64,000 nucleotides of DNA from an uncultured Verrucomicrobiota bacterium (GTDB lineage: Bacteria > Verrucomicrobiota > Verrucomicrobiia > Limisphaerales > J093), in NCBI GenBank assembly GCA_964535555.1, contig CAZHUS010000025.1, positions 18,963-82,962 of the forward strand, read 5' to 3'. The notes beneath the pieces were generated by a model, which saw only the letters and a list, made by a program, of their open reading frames with translations, ran no database searches and was not told the origin of the DNA. Shown here one piece after another: positions 62,161-64,000 of this stretch (positions within the stretch are counted from its first letter, which is position 1; each line of letters starts with the position of its first letter). Position numbers and translations under genes: made by a program.

Positions 62161-63246
62161 GAAGCCGGAGGCTTCCAGGTGCGGTCGGTACGTGTCGACC
62201 GATTCCCGGACCAGGTCACGGAGGTTGACTGGCACCTGCCGATGGTGCTTGTCGCCGCGTTCCAGACGGGCGAAGTCCAGGACGTTGTTGATCAACCGGG
62301 CCAGCCGGGCGGATTCCGCCTGGATGATCTGCAGAAAGTGACGCCGCCGGGCGGGGTCAACGACGCGATCTCCAACCAGGAGTTCCGAGAACATACGAAT
62401 GCTGGTCAGCGGCGTCTTGAGGTCATGTGAGACGTTGCTGACGAAATCCGTCTTCTGACGGGCCAGGGCGAACTGGCGTCGGACGTCGCCCACGATCAGC
62501 CAGCCGCCCACGCCGATGGCGAGGAGAAGCAGGGCGGCAAGCAGGCCAATCACACCGCGCGTCGTGGCGGCGGCCTCGCTGAAATCAACCGGACGCAGCA
62601 GATACAGCGCGGCTTCCCAACGGGGGAGCGTCTCACCGATCTCGCTTGCGGCCACGGGGCGTCCGACGGGGCTGAAGCCGGCCGGAAGACCGGCCACCAC
62701 GCGGTCGTGATCGTCATGCAGAGGCTGAACTGGGTGGTGTCGCTTTCGTCGGCTCCGGGGATGGGCCAGGGGTTGGCCAGGGCCGCGGGCGGCGTAGTAG
62801 TGGTTGCCGGTTCCGTCATGGGGGAATGCCGGGTCCATGCCCGACGAACCGTCGCTCGTGCGCGGCAGGACCTGGACGTCGTCCCACGTGATGGTGCCCT
62901 CCGGGAAGTCGACCGTCACAGCGACGGAAAGCGACTGGGGCGCGTAGAAGTAGATGACCGGGGTCTCCATGCGTTGTCGTGCGATCAGCCGCGATTTGGT
63001 GAGAAGGTCACGGCTGACCGATTGCCCGATGGGGCCGGCGGGGCCATAAACAAAGCCGGGCAGGTCGAGAGTTGTCAGCGGGTGCCACTCGAGCTGGAGG
63101 CCGTCCGAGCCCTGAACGGAAGTGAAGGTGCCCCATTCATGGGCGGTGTAGCCGGGGGGAGGTTCCTGGGAATTGACCGCACTGGAAGCGAACAACACGG
63201 TTCCCGCGAGGAGGCCGAAGGGCGAACGTAGTCTGGTCTTTTTCAT
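62161..63246 (-). pseudogene. Sensor histidine kinase truncated after the HisKA domain (no HATPase_c)
   Basis: Signal peptide/TM MKKTRLRSPFGLLAGTVLFASS, periplasmic region, second TM, HisKA FVSNVSHDLKTPLTSI...LINNVLDFARLE, then ...TYRPHLEASGF. After about 62161 the frame runs into the response-regulator DNA in the wrong frame and stops at 62071. Confidence 0.6.
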
Positions 63247-63360
63247 ACGCTCCCAGACCGCCACGGCTGCGGAGGTGAGTTGTCATCCCGTTGTGCGCAA
63301 ACTGTAAAATCCATGTCAGGATTCCTCGCCTCCCCCGGGTGCCGCCGATAGTCTTCCCGC

Positions 63361-64000
63361 GTGATCCGGAACGTCATCCTGGACTGGTCGGGGACCCTGG
63401 TGGACGACTTGCCCGCCGTATTGGAGGCAACCAACCAGGTATTCCGGCAGGCCGGGTTGCCGGAGCTGAGCCGGGAACGATTCCGCGAAGAGTTCTGCCT
63501 GCCGTTCGAGCGTTTCTACACCCGACGGTTGCCCGGGGTTTCGCTGCCGCAATTGGAGGCCTGGTTCCATCCCGCCTTCGAGCAGGTCCAGGATCAGGTG
63601 ACCGCCCTTCCGTTCGCCCGGAGTTTCCTGGAGTTCTGCCGCCGGAACGGATGGCGCACGTTCGTGCTCAGCAGCGTTCATGCGCGTCACTACACGAGAC
63701 AGGCGGCCGGCCTGGGCTTCGACGCCCTGATCGAACACGCGTACGTGCAGATCCCCGACAAGACCGCGAAGATCCGGGACGTCCTTGCGGCTCACGGCCT
63801 GGCTCCGCGGGAAACGCTTTTTGTGGGCGACATGGCGCATGATCTGGAGGCTGCACGCCACGGGGGGACGTGGAGTTGCGCCGTACTGACCGGGTACAAT
63901 CAAGCCCACCAGCTGAAGGCATGCGGTCCGGACCTGATCGTGGAACACCTGGGCGAGTTGCAGGCTATTCTCGAACAACGCGGCTTCGATCTGGATTCTG
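63361..64000 (+). CDS. HAD-superfamily hydrolase (phosphoglycolate-phosphatase-like), 3' end beyond the window
   Basis: Not in the ORF track (no stop in the window). GTG at 63361 is preceded by an in-frame TAG at 63349. Translation VIRNVILDWSGTLVDD... (motif I D-x-S/D-G-T), ...FVLSS (motif II), ...K...FVGDMAHDLEAA (motifs III/IV). Confidence 0.75.
   Translation, partial: MIRNVILDWSGTLVDDLPAVLEATNQVFRQAGLPELSRERFREEFCLPFERFYTRRLPGVSLPQLEAWFHPAFEQVQDQVTALPFARSFLEFCRRNGWRTFVLSSVHARHYTRQAAGLGFDALIEHAYVQIPDKTAKIRDVLAAHGLAPRETLFVGDMAHDLEAARHGGTWSCAVLTGYNQAHQLKACGPDLIVEHLGELQAILEQRGFDLDS

Noticed and set aside
1-64000. CRISPR array or cas genes
   Set aside because: The only repeated sequences are two hairpin repeat families scattered at irregular distances and one 2 x 158-bp tandem duplication. 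There is no series of short direct repeats with regular unique spacers, and no Cas-like protein.

Overview
GC-rich bacterial chromosomal segment, densely coding on both strands. The gene content looks like the PVC superphylum, most like Verrucomicrobiota; this is an inference from family content, not a database hit. Supporting families: prepilin-type N-terminal methylation protein, Tat-exported Gfo/Idh/MocA oxidoreductases, DUF1080 lectin-fold proteins, xylose-isomerase-like TIM barrels, HEAT-repeat and cytochrome-c fusion proteins, and a BlaI/BlaR1-like pair.

I can support about 45 protein-coding genes. These include two ABC export systems, metY, the C-terminal half of carB, a ClpX paralog, an RsmB-like methyltransferase and a sigma54 response regulator, plus many secreted or periplasmic proteins of unknown role. 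I found no rRNA, no intact tRNA, no CRISPR array, no intact transposase and no phage or known defence genes.

Most of the long ORFs antisense to these genes are GC-rich shadow ORFs.

Observations worth a second look:
- A BlaI / M56 BlaR1-like signalling pair whose sensor domain is replaced by a ~1000-aa array of carboxypeptidase-regulatory-like domains and a cysteine-less thioredoxin fold, with a palindromic operator and a paralogous secreted protein next door.
- Two families of non-autonomous hairpin repeats (MITE/REP-like) scattered through intergenic regions, including a 158-bp tandem duplication that copies the 3' end of a gene.
- A four-gene periplasmic DUF1080 / TIM-barrel / Gfo-Idh-MocA / HEAT module whose components recur elsewhere in the window.
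- A ClpX paralog without a zinc-binding domain, translationally coupled to an rRNA methyltransferase gene.
- A stand-alone carB C-terminal half.
- A histidine-kinase / response-regulator pair fused by an internal deletion.
- A decayed 1.2-kb segment holding a tRNA 5' half, a PEP-CTERM tail and possible IS remnants.

I do not see one clear-cut novel system. The BlaR1-like module and the periplasmic oxidoreductase modules are the best candidates. All functional calls come from motif recognition by eye and need HMM or BLAST confirmation.
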